A DNA stretch of 64,000 nt from positions 13,155 to 77,154 of the forward strand of contig JBJEWF010000020.1 in the NCBI GenBank assembly GCA_051884915.1, read 5' to 3'. This DNA comes from Kiritimatiellia bacterium (GTDB lineage: Bacteria; Verrucomicrobiota; Kiritimatiellia; RFP12; UBA1067). This document shows, piece after piece, positions 37,638 to 46,323 of the stretch. Under the pieces are notes generated by a model that saw nothing but the letters and a program-made list of their open reading frames with translations, made no database searches and was not told the origin of the DNA. Positions within the stretch are counted from its first letter, which is position 1, and the number at the start of each line of letters is the position of its first letter. A program made the position numbers and the translations under genes.

Positions 37638-39290
37638 TCACTGCTTCACGAAATGGGGCAGCCGCGACAGCGGCGTCGCCACCGTGATCCGCGCCGGGCC
37701 GACGACCGACGTCCCGTCGTCGGCCTTCCAGACGCCCGGCGGAACAAGCACCGTCCGCGTCGCGGCGCCCTTCTCCATCTGCGGCGCCACGAGAAGCCGC
37801 TCGCCCATCATGAACTCGTCGATGACGCCGGCGTAGCCCTGTCCCGGGAAGTTGTATTCGAGGTTGCGGAGAATCGGTTCGCCGTCCACGGCGGCCCGCT
37901 TCGCCAGCTCGACGATCATCGGCACGAACTTCTGGCGAAGCGCCACCGTGTCGCGCACGATCTGCCGCCTGTCGGCATCCAGCACGCGCCACGGCGAGGC
38001 GGAGAACTGCATCATCGGGCAAAGCGCGTGGATTTGCGCGCTGCGCACGAAGAGATCGGGCTCGAACGGCGAACCGGGGATGAAGGTCGTCCATTCGCCG
38101 CCGCCCACCATGTCGGGGCAGATGAACGGCTGGCCGACGAGGCCCGCGCCAATCATGTCCGCAACGATGCGGCGAAGCGCCTCCCACGTGTGCGGCTTGT
38201 CGTGCAGACGGACCACCACGGGCATCTGCTGCATGCGCCACAGGTTGCGGATCTCGCAGAACGGATACTTGAGCGCGTAGGCCGCGTAGCCGTTGTTGAG
38301 CGTCCCGTTCGTCGCCTTCGGATCCAGCGCCTCGCAGGCGGTGAGATCGTAGGCCGTCAGGTCGGCGCCGTCCAGCTTGAACCCGTCCACGCCAAAATCC
38401 CTGACGAGCCCGTCCAGCACCTCCGTGAACCATGCGTTGGCATTGGGATGCGAGAAGTCGAGAAACGCGCTGTAACCGTTCCACCAGCGGCAGGCCTTCG
38501 CCGCGACGCGGCCGTTGGCCGGCGGCCGCTTGCCCTTCTCCGCCAGGAAACCGCCCTTGACGGGATAGCCCTTCACGTCATCGGGATTCGTGCCCCAGGC
38601 CACCCGGCGGAAGGACGGCAGATCCATGCCCACGTACGGGCACATCCACAGCATGACCTTGTAGCCCATCGCGTGCAGCTTGTCCATCATGCCCTTCGGA
38701 TCCCGGAAACGGGCCGGCTCGAAGCGCCAGTCGCCATAGCCCGCCTGCCACGTGTCGTCGATCATCAGCACGCCGGCCGGCACGCCGTTGTCGCGCATGG
38801 ACCTGGCGTAGTCCAGGACGTCCTTCTCGTTCTGGTGGTAGGTGAGCTCGATCCAGGTGTTGATCTGCGGCGCGCTGAAAAACAGCGGATCGGGCATCTT
38901 GCCGCTCGCCGGGAACCACCTGCGCATGGCATGGCGGTAGGCCTCGGGAAGCGTCGTGCCGCCGGTGGCGACCACGACTTCGGAATCGGCGTCCATCACG
39001 ATCCTGCCGTTCTTCAGCACGATCGTGGACTGGGCGTCCGCCCAGATCACGCGGCCCCTGTCCGACAGCAGAAGCGACGCGCACTGGTTGTGGTAGTTGT
39101 TCCTGCGGAGATCGATCGTCACGTCGCTCGCCGCCGTAAACGGCATCTTCGTGCCGAAGTAGTTCGCCGCGCCCCACCAGCCTTCGCCCGGCAGCATCTG
39201 GACTTCCTTCACCTCGGCCGACGCGCCGAACGCGGCCAGAAACGCCAGCCCCAAGGCGGACGCCCTTACGAATTTCACAGTATGTTCCAT
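37638..39290 (-). CDS. glycoside hydrolase family 31-like protein, secreted
   Basis: Signal peptide; IDDTWQ, DGFKLDG, PDMVGG, MMQFS, GEPILR, LLVAP. Confidence 0.88.
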   Translation of the reverse strand: MEHTVKFVRASALGLAFLAAFGASAEVKEVQMLPGEGWWGAANYFGTKMPFTAASDVTIDLRRNNYHNQCASLLLSDRGRVIWADAQSTIVLKNGRIVMDADSEVVVATGGTTLPEAYRHAMRRWFPASGKMPDPLFFSAPQINTWIELTYHQNEKDVLDYARSMRDNGVPAGVLMIDDTWQAGYGDWRFEPARFRDPKGMMDKLHAMGYKVMLWMCPYVGMDLPSFRRVAWGTNPDDVKGYPVKGGFLAEKGKRPPANGRVAAKACRWWNGYSAFLDFSHPNANAWFTEVLDGLVRDFGVDGFKLDGADLTAYDLTACEALDPKATNGTLNNGYAAYALKYPFCEIRNLWRMQQMPVVVRLHDKPHTWEALRRIVADMIGAGLVGQPFICPDMVGGGEWTTFIPGSPFEPDLFVRSAQIHALCPMMQFSASPWRVLDADRRQIVRDTVALRQKFVPMIVELAKRAAVDGEPILRNLEYNFPGQGYAGVIDEFMMGERLLVAPQMEKGAATRTVLVPPGVWKADDGTSVVGPARITVATPLSRLPHFVKQ

Positions 39291-39296
39291 GTCTTG

Positions 39297-39305
39297 ATTA
39301 TACCA
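39297..39305 (-). promoter_or_regulatory. extended -10 element only 6 nt upstream of the GH31 ATG
   Basis: TGGTATAAT-caagac-ATG. Confidence 0.6.
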
Positions 39306-39382
39306 TAATTATTCCGCTGGCGAATGGCCGCTTTCCCGGCCGATCGCAGCGCGTCCGGACGGGGGCGGCGGGGCGGGCAAAA

Positions 39383-39439
39383 TCTAATGGAACTCTAATG
39401 CAACGCAAATACGCGTCTAACGGACAAAGCAGATAATAT
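39383..39439 (+). promoter_or_regulatory. Pho-box-like 11-bp-periodic direct repeats plus -10 element
   Basis: tctaatg (39383), tctaatg (39394), gcaaata (39405, degenerate), tctaacg (39416), then gataat/taatat at 39432-39439, upstream of the pst operon. Confidence 0.65.
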
Positions 39440-39482
39440 GCGCGTCTTGAAAAAACCAGAAACCCGAAATGATAGGGAAAAA

Positions 39483-40823
39483 ATGAACAGGAAGAAAATC
39501 AGTCTCGGCGCGGCGCTCGCGGTCATGGCGCTTGCCCCTGCAGTCGCGGAAACCAACGAAGTCGCGGCCCTCGACGTCAAGGCGGGCGCGGACGTGCGCC
39601 TTCGCTACGACGTCACCAAAGGTCTGCCGAACGCCAATCACGGCGAAGACCCCCACTCCGACTATTCGCGCATCAGGATCCGTCCCTGGATGCAAGTCGG
39701 CTCCCAGTCGTGCGGCCTGTACGCGCGGCTCGCCGACGAGTTCCGCTACTACCGCCGGCCGGAGTCGAAATCGCGCAAGCAGCAGTTCCCCGACGTCCTC
39801 TTCATCGACAACCTCTACTGGTACCAGAACGGGATCCTCGACGCGTTCGACCTCAAAGTCGGCCGGCAGGACATGGCCTTCGGCTCCCGGCGCATCATCT
39901 CCGACGGCAACGGCGGCGACGGGTCGCGCTCGACCTACTTCGACGCCGTGCGCCTGACGTACCACGTGGACGAGACGCGGACGCTCGACGCGTTCGCGTT
40001 CTACAACGTCCACCGGGACTGGCTGCCGACTCTCGGCAAGGAGCATGAGAACGGCAAGAAGGCCCATGCCTACGACATGAACGGATATTTCCAGGACGAG
40101 ATGGGCGGCGGCCTCTACTGGCAGGACCGGAGCTGCAAGGACCTGGGCTACGACCTCTACTATGTGGCCAAAGACGAAATCCGCGGACATCGGGCGAAAT
40201 ACCGCAGCGAAGGCCGCCACGCCCAGACCCACACCGCGGGCGTCCGGCTGCTGCCGCGTTTCACCGACACCTTGACGGGCGAAGCGGAAGCGGCCGTCCA
40301 GGCCGGCGACAACGGGCTCTTCGCCGGCCAGGGCTATTCCGGCGTCACCTACCAGCCCAAGGCCGACTGGAAGCCCTACCTCACCGGTGCCATCTGGGGC
40401 CTGACCGGCGACAGCGACGGCGACCGCGGCGACCACGCCTGGCATTCGGTGTTCAACCGCGAGACCGGCATGGGCGAGACGATCGTGCCGATGTACAACA
40501 AGTACAACTACAACAACATCCTCTACCCGCATCTGGCGGCGGGCTGCGAAATCGGCGCGGCGACGAAGCTGAAAGGCCAGACGGGGCCGGTCTTCGCGCC
40601 CGTGTCGGAGAACCGGGCGGACGGAGGCGACTACGGCAACTACCGCGGCTTCTACATGCAGGTCAAATGCGAGATGAAGCTCGACAAGCTCACCGGCCAC
40701 GGATGCTTCAGGGTAACCAAACTCACCCTGCACGGCGAATACTTCGAGAAGGGCAACTATTTTGTCGAAAACGCCGACAGCTCGGCGCTGTTCGGACGCT
40801 GCGAACTGTCCTGGAAATTCTAA
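39483..40823 (+). CDS. alginate-export (AlgE-like) family outer-membrane porin
   Basis: Signal peptide; GADVRLRY, RIRIR, KVGRQD..FG, YFDAVR; C-terminal SWKF. Confidence 0.8.
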   Translation: MNRKKISLGAALAVMALAPAVAETNEVAALDVKAGADVRLRYDVTKGLPNANHGEDPHSDYSRIRIRPWMQVGSQSCGLYARLADEFRYYRRPESKSRKQQFPDVLFIDNLYWYQNGILDAFDLKVGRQDMAFGSRRIISDGNGGDGSRSTYFDAVRLTYHVDETRTLDAFAFYNVHRDWLPTLGKEHENGKKAHAYDMNGYFQDEMGGGLYWQDRSCKDLGYDLYYVAKDEIRGHRAKYRSEGRHAQTHTAGVRLLPRFTDTLTGEAEAAVQAGDNGLFAGQGYSGVTYQPKADWKPYLTGAIWGLTGDSDGDRGDHAWHSVFNRETGMGETIVPMYNKYNYNNILYPHLAAGCEIGAATKLKGQTGPVFAPVSENRADGGDYGNYRGFYMQVKCEMKLDKLTGHGCFRVTKLTLHGEYFEKGNYFVENADSSALFGRCELSWKF

Positions 40824-40861
40824 CGCAATCCACAATCCACAAAACAAAAGGAGAAACGAAA

Positions 40862-41737
40862 ATGAAAAAGCAGATCATCGGCCTCTGCCTGGCCGGCCTG
40901 GTTCTTGGCGCGGGCGCCGCCGAGCGCATGGCGCTCAACGGCGCGGGCGGCAGCTTCCCGGCGCCGCTGTATCAGGCCTGGGCGTACGCCTATACGCAGG
41001 GCAACTACGGCGCGAAAGTCAACTACCAGTCGGTGGGCTCGTCCGCCGGCATCAGCCAGATCAAGGCGGGAACGGTGGATTTCGCCGGCACCGACGCGCC
41101 GCTGGACGAGGAGGCCTGCAAGGCGGCCGGCCTGAACCAGTTCCACATGGTCTCGGGCGCGGTCGTGGCCGCCGTCAACCTGCCGGGCCTGGCCGGCGAG
41201 CTGGTGCTCGACGGCAAGACGCTCGCGGACATCTTCCTCGGCAGGGTGACGCGCTGGAACGACGCGCGCATCGCCGCGCTCAACCCCGCGCTCGACCTTC
41301 CCGATCTCAAGATCACGACCGTCCACCGCGGCGACGGTTCGGGGACGACGCACATCTTCAGCTCCTACCTGAGCCGGGTCAGCGACGACTGGAAGCAGGG
41401 GATCGGCGCCGGAACCCTGCTGAAGTGGCCCTGCGGCATCGCGGGGCAGAAGAACCCCGGCGTCTGCAACAACATCCGGCGGATCAAGGGCGCGATCGGC
41501 TACACCGAATACACGTTTGCGCTGGAATCCAAGCTCGCGATCGCGCGGCTCAAGGTCCAGAACGAGACGGTTTCGCCCGACAGCGCGAAATGGCCGATTC
41601 TGGGCAAGACCTACATCCTGACGCGCGCCGACACGCCGCCCGAACGCCTCGCGGCCCTGAACCGCTACTTCCAGTGGTGCTTCAGGGAGGGCGGCGAAAC
41701 GGCGGTCAAACTCCACTACATTCCGGTCGGGCAATGA
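40862..41737 (+). CDS. pstS: phosphate ABC transporter substrate-binding protein
   Basis: NGAGGSFPAPLY, NYQSVGSSAG, DFAGTD, HRGDGSGTT, AIGYTE; AGGAG RBS. Confidence 0.93.
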   Translation: MKKQIIGLCLAGLVLGAGAAERMALNGAGGSFPAPLYQAWAYAYTQGNYGAKVNYQSVGSSAGISQIKAGTVDFAGTDAPLDEEACKAAGLNQFHMVSGAVVAAVNLPGLAGELVLDGKTLADIFLGRVTRWNDARIAALNPALDLPDLKITTVHRGDGSGTTHIFSSYLSRVSDDWKQGIGAGTLLKWPCGIAGQKNPGVCNNIRRIKGAIGYTEYTFALESKLAIARLKVQNETVSPDSAKWPILGKTYILTRADTPPERLAALNRYFQWCFREGGETAVKLHYIPVGQ

Positions 41738-42588
41738 ATGTCGACACTCTGTTCCGGCGACTCTGCCAGGCCTGCGCGGCGACGGGACTGATTGTCGCCG
41801 TCGCCATCGTCGCGGAATTGGCATGGTCGTCCGGCGACCTCTGGAAAAGCCAGGCGGTCGGCTTCCTCTTCACCGACGACTGGAATCCCGCGCAGCTGTC
41901 GTTTGGCGCGGCCGGCGCGATTCTCGGAACGGTCGAGACCACGCTCATCGCGCTGCTGATCGCGGTGCCGCTCGCATTTGCGGCGGCGCTCTTCGTCAAT
42001 GCCGTCCCCCCGTGGGCGGCAAAGCCGCTGGCACATGCGCTGGATCTGCTGGCGGCCATTCCCAGCATCATCTACGGCATGTGGGGCCTCTTCGTGATGT
42101 GCCCCCTCCTGCAGAGCCTGCTCCAGAGCTTCGGGATTGAAACGACCGGCTTCGGCCTGCTGGCCTCCTCGCTCGTGCTGGCGCTCATGATCCTGCCCTA
42201 CATCTCGGCCGTCATGCGCGACGCGCTGGCGCAGGCGCCCGTCGCGCTGAGCGAGGCGGCCATGGGAGTGGGGTGCACGCGCTGGGAGGCGATCTGGCAC
42301 ATCGTGGTGCGCGCGCAGAAGCGCGGCATCGTCGGCGGCATTCTCATCGGCCTGGGCCGCGCCATGGGCGAGACCATGGCCGTTCTCTTCGTCTGCGGCG
42401 GCATTGTGGGGATTCCGAAAAGCCTGTTCGACGGCTGCTCCACCATCGCCGCAACGCTGGCCAACGACTTTGCCGAGGCGAACGGCCTGCACAAGAGCGC
42501 GCTGTTCGCCCTGGGCGTCGTGCTGCTGAGCGTGGAGTTCGCGATCCAGGTCATCGCCGGACGGCTGATTGGCGAAAGGAAAGTCTGA
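41734..42588 (+). CDS. pstC: phosphate ABC transporter permease
   Basis: LAAIPSIIYGMWG, GRAMGETMAV; ATGA overlap with pstS. Confidence 0.93.
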   Translation: MNVDTLFRRLCQACAATGLIVAVAIVAELAWSSGDLWKSQAVGFLFTDDWNPAQLSFGAAGAILGTVETTLIALLIAVPLAFAAALFVNAVPPWAAKPLAHALDLLAAIPSIIYGMWGLFVMCPLLQSLLQSFGIETTGFGLLASSLVLALMILPYISAVMRDALAQAPVALSEAAMGVGCTRWEAIWHIVVRAQKRGIVGGILIGLGRAMGETMAVLFVCGGIVGIPKSLFDGCSTIAATLANDFAEANGLHKSALFALGVVLLSVEFAIQVIAGRLIGERKV

Positions 42589-42589
42589 A

Positions 42590-43441
42590 ATGGAACGAAG
42601 AAATGCAGCTCCCCGGAAAGTCCGCGATGCCGCCATCCGCGTTTTCTCGCTTCTGGCGACGGCGCTCGCGCTCGCGATGATGTTCTGGGTTCTGTTCGTC
42701 ATCGTGCGCGAAGGGCTGGACGCCCTTTCGTGGGAGGTTCTGGTCAACAAGTCGCGGCCCTTCGGCGAAAGCGGCGGCGGCATCGCCAATGCGCTGGTCG
42801 GCACCCTGCTGATCACCGCCGGCGCGGGCGTGCTGGCCATCCCCCTGGCGATCGCCGCGGGCATCGGACTGGCCGAATTCGGCGGCACGACGCGCTTCGC
42901 CACGGCCTGCCGGTTTGCCATCAATCTGATGATGGGCATTCCCAGCGTCATCGCGGGCCTGTTCGTCTACGGACTCGCCGTCGTGACCACCGGGCATTTC
43001 TCCGGCTTCGCGGGCTCTCTCGCCCTGGCGATCCTGATGTTCGCGGTGGTCGAGCGCACGACGGAGGACCAGCTGTCGCTCGTGAGCGTCGCGCTGCGGG
43101 AATCGGCGCTGGCCCTGGGAATCTCCCGGACGCGCGTCACGCTGGAGATCGTCTGCCGCGCGGCGAAGAACGGGATGCTGACCGGCATTCTCCTGGCGGT
43201 GGCGCGCGTGGCGGGCGAAACCGCGCCGCTTCTCTTCACCGCGCTCTTCGCCGACAGCTGGCCCACCGATTATTTCGGCGGTCCGACCGCTTCCGTGCCC
43301 GTGCTGATCACCAACTACACGCTCGATTCGCCCTTCGAATCGATGCAGCGACTCGGCTGGGGCGCGGCCCTGATCATGACCACCCTCATTCTTTCGGTGA
43401 ATGTCGCCGTTCGCCGCATGGCGGGAACAAGAAACAAATAG
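42590..43441 (+). CDS. pstA: phosphate ABC transporter permease
   Basis: GGGIANALVGT, GIPSVIAG, ARVAGETAPLLFT. Confidence 0.93.
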   Translation: MERRNAAPRKVRDAAIRVFSLLATALALAMMFWVLFVIVREGLDALSWEVLVNKSRPFGESGGGIANALVGTLLITAGAGVLAIPLAIAAGIGLAEFGGTTRFATACRFAINLMMGIPSVIAGLFVYGLAVVTTGHFSGFAGSLALAILMFAVVERTTEDQLSLVSVALRESALALGISRTRVTLEIVCRAAKNGMLTGILLAVARVAGETAPLLFTALFADSWPTDYFGGPTASVPVLITNYTLDSPFESMQRLGWGAALIMTTLILSVNVAVRRMAGTRNK

Positions 43442-43453
43442 GATGATCCGCTT

Positions 43454-44212
43454 ATGTCCAAATGCAAAATACAGACAGTGAATCTCAACTTCTTCTACGG
43501 AGACCATCAGGCCCTCTTCGACAACAATCTCGGCATCGAGGCCAACCGGATCACGGCGATCATCGGGCCGTCGGGCTGCGGGAAATCGACGCATCTGCGG
43601 ATCTACAACCGCATCTTCGAACTGCATCGCCACCAGCGCGCCGAAGGCAAGGTCCTCATCGACGGCAAGAACATCCTTGACGCCGACGTCGACCTGCTCG
43701 AACTCCGCCGCCGGGTGGGGATGATCTTCCAGAAGCCGACGCCATTCCCGATGAGCGTCTACGACAACATCGCCTATCCCATCCGGCTTCATTTCCGGGC
43801 CACGAAAAAGGAGTTGGACGAGCGCGTCGAAGCCGCCCTGCGCGGCGCGGCGCTCTGGGACGAGGTCAAGGACAAGCTCAAGACGCCGGGCGGCGCCCTT
43901 TCCGGAGGGCAGCAGCAGCGCCTCTGCATCGCGCGGGCCATCGCCGCCGAACCGGACGTGCTGCTCATGGACGAGCCCACGAGCGCCATCGACCCCGTCG
44001 GGACGCTCAAGATCGAAGAGCTGATGGACCGGCTGCGCAAGCGCTTCACAATCGTCATCGTGACCCACAACATGCAGCAGGCGTCGCGCATATCGGATGT
44101 CACCGCCTTCTTCTACAAGGGCCGGATCGTCGAAGTCGGCCCGACGCGGCAGATATTCCAGAACCCGAAGAAAAAACAAACCGAAGATTACGTGTCCGGG
44201 AGGTTCGGCTGA
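43454..44212 (+). CDS. pstB: phosphate ABC transporter ATP-binding protein
   Basis: [42 protein letters not shown]. Confidence 0.97.
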   Translation: MSKCKIQTVNLNFFYGDHQALFDNNLGIEANRITAIIGPSGCGKSTHLRIYNRIFELHRHQRAEGKVLIDGKNILDADVDLLELRRRVGMIFQKPTPFPMSVYDNIAYPIRLHFRATKKELDERVEAALRGAALWDEVKDKLKTPGGALSGGQQQRLCIARAIAAEPDVLLMDEPTSAIDPVGTLKIEELMDRLRKRFTIVIVTHNMQQASRISDVTAFFYKGRIVEVGPTRQIFQNPKKKQTEDYVSGRFG

Positions 44213-44214
44213 TC

Positions 44215-44862
44215 ATGAAAATCCATTTTGAAATCGCCCTCGCCAAGTTGAATCGACTGCTCGAAGAGAATGCCGCGCGCGCCGAGAATGCGGTGAACGC
44301 GGCGGTCGAGGCCATGGAACGGTCCGCGCCCGAGCGCGCCCGGAACGTCGTCGCCAACGATCCGGCAATCGACATGGCCGAGAATCTGATCGAGGAGGAA
44401 TGCCTTGAGATCCTCGCGCTCTACCAGCCGGTCGCCACGGACTTGCGCCGCGTCATGACGATCTTCAAGACGAACGGGGAAATCGAGCGCGCGGGCGACC
44501 TGGCGGTGAACATCGCCAACCGCGTCGCCGACGCGACTTCCTACCGCCTTGCCGGCAAATGGGATTTCGCGCAGATTTCCGCCAAGGCCGTGAAGATGTT
44601 CTCCGATGCGCTGGTGTCCCTGCGCACGGGCAACGCCGAACTCGCCCGCCGGGTGATCGAGGCGGACGAAGAGGTGGACACCCTGCACCGCGCCTCGTAT
44701 TCGAAAGTCGCCGCGGGCATCGTCGCCGAGCCGGCGGCGGCCGGCTACTACCTTGACGCCCTGACCGTCTCGCGCGCGCTGGAGCGGCTGGCCGACATCG
44801 CGACGAACATCGCGGAAGACGTCATCTACCTTGAAACGGCGGAAATCGTCCGCCACCGCTAG
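44215..44862 (+). CDS. phoU: phosphate signalling complex protein PhoU
   Basis: QPVATDLR, ERAGD, DEEVD, LERLADIATNIAE. Confidence 0.95.
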   Translation: MKIHFEIALAKLNRLLEENAARAENAVNAAVEAMERSAPERARNVVANDPAIDMAENLIEEECLEILALYQPVATDLRRVMTIFKTNGEIERAGDLAVNIANRVADATSYRLAGKWDFAQISAKAVKMFSDALVSLRTGNAELARRVIEADEEVDTLHRASYSKVAAGIVAEPAAAGYYLDALTVSRALERLADIATNIAEDVIYLETAEIVRHR

Positions 44863-44876
44863 GGGCGGACGGGACA

Positions 44877-44920
44877 AACCGGCGCGCGCGTCCCCCGGCG
44901 AGTGGCGGCGCGCGCCGGTT
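44877..44920. terminator. inverted repeat between the convergent phoU and tRNA nucleotidyltransferase genes
   Basis: aaccggcgcgcgc ... gcgcgcgccggtt, 13-bp stem with 18-nt loop. Confidence 0.5.
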
Positions 44921-46323
44921 CACCGGCCATGCTGCCGCCGGAAGAAGGCCTTCGCCCCCTCCAGGTCGGAAAACGCGCCGTCCAGCTGGGCCTCGTAGCA
45001 GGCGTCCAGCCACCGGCCGAACCGCGGCGACGGCGCAAACCCCATTTCAATGAGATGGCGGCCCATGAGAATCGGCTTCGGCGCCGCGTCGGCGACGCGA
45101 AGACGCTCCGCCGCCGCGGCCATCCATTCCAGATCCGCGCCCGCGGACGTTCCGCCGCACGCCGGCGGACGCCCCTCGTCGTCCGCGCGTCCCACGCGAA
45201 TCAGGCGGTCGAGACGCTTCACGCGCGCCGCCAGCCGGCGGATGGCCGCGTCGCCCGCCTGCGCCTTCCACATCGCGAAAATCGCCATGTGCTCGCGCAC
45301 CAGCGGCGGCACCTCGTTCAGCAGCCGCTGCTCGCCGGTCAGGCGACGCAGAAACGCGCGCGTCGGCGCCACGCCCGCGACGTCATGCCCAAGCGAGCGG
45401 AGACGCCCGCTGGCAGGGTCGAGTCGCGTCGTGGCGGGTTTCCCGAAATCGTGGCACAGCACGGCCAGGCCGACGACAATGTCCTCCGCGGCCTCGCGGC
45501 CCCGTGCGTCGCGATGGCGGGCGAACGCGTCCAGGCAGAGACAGGTGTGGTTCCACACGTCCCCTTCGGGATGCCACTCGGGGTCCTGCCGGCAGCCGAT
45601 GAGCGCCGCCAGTTCGGGGAAATGGTCCACCCAGCCCGTTGCGCGCAGAAAGGCGAGGCCCGAACCGATGTGGACGCCTTTCGTCAGCAGTTTGTCCCAC
45701 TCCGCGAAAATCCGTTCCGGCGGCAGATCCTCGATTGCCGTCCGACGGCAGATTTCGACCGTTTCCGGCGCCGGCGCCAGGGCGAACCGCGCCACGAACT
45801 GCATGCCGCGCAGCACCCGCAGCGGATCCTCGGCGAATTTCGGCGAGACGTGGCGCAGAATCCGACGTTCCAGGTCGGCGACGCCGCCGCACGGGTCCTC
45901 AAGACGATCGTCGAGCGGGTCGTAGTAGATCGCATTGACCGTGAAGTCGCGGCGGCTCGCGGCCTCGGCAACGGACAGGCCGGGATCGGAATTGATCAGG
46001 AATCCCTTGTGGCCGATGCCGCGCTTCGACTCGCGCCGCGGCAGCGACACGTCGATGGCGCAGGACTTGAGTTTCAGCACGCCAAAGGAAAGCCCGCAGG
46101 CGTCGAAAGCGAATTCCGCCCCAATGATTTCCTGCAGGCGTTCCGGCGCGAGGCGGAACACCTCAAGGTCCACGTCCTTCACCGCGATCCCGCCCAGCAG
46201 CAGGTCGCGGACGGAACCGCCGACCATCAGCGCGCGCCCTCCCGCCGCCCGCACCCGTTCGGCGATTCGCCGCACGGCCGCCCCCAGAGACGGCTCAAGA
46301 CCTGTCAGATCCGGCCGGTTCAC
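44920..46323 (-). CDS. cca: tRNA nucleotidyltransferase / poly(A) polymerase family protein with HD domain
   Basis: VGGSVRD..DVDLE, RRDFTVNAI, EDPLRVLR, HPEGDV..HT, HDFGK. GTG start overlaps the upstream TGA. Confidence 0.88.
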   Translation of the reverse strand: MNRPDLTGLEPSLGAAVRRIAERVRAAGGRALMVGGSVRDLLLGGIAVKDVDLEVFRLAPERLQEIIGAEFAFDACGLSFGVLKLKSCAIDVSLPRRESKRGIGHKGFLINSDPGLSVAEAASRRDFTVNAIYYDPLDDRLEDPCGGVADLERRILRHVSPKFAEDPLRVLRGMQFVARFALAPAPETVEICRRTAIEDLPPERIFAEWDKLLTKGVHIGSGLAFLRATGWVDHFPELAALIGCRQDPEWHPEGDVWNHTCLCLDAFARHRDARGREAAEDIVVGLAVLCHDFGKPATTRLDPASGRLRSLGHDVAGVAPTRAFLRRLTGEQRLLNEVPPLVREHMAIFAMWKAQAGDAAIRRLAARVKRLDRLIRVGRADDEGRPPACGGTSAGADLEWMAAAAERLRVADAAPKPILMGRHLIEMGFAPSPRFGRWLDACYEAQLDGAFSDLEGAKAFFRRQHGR

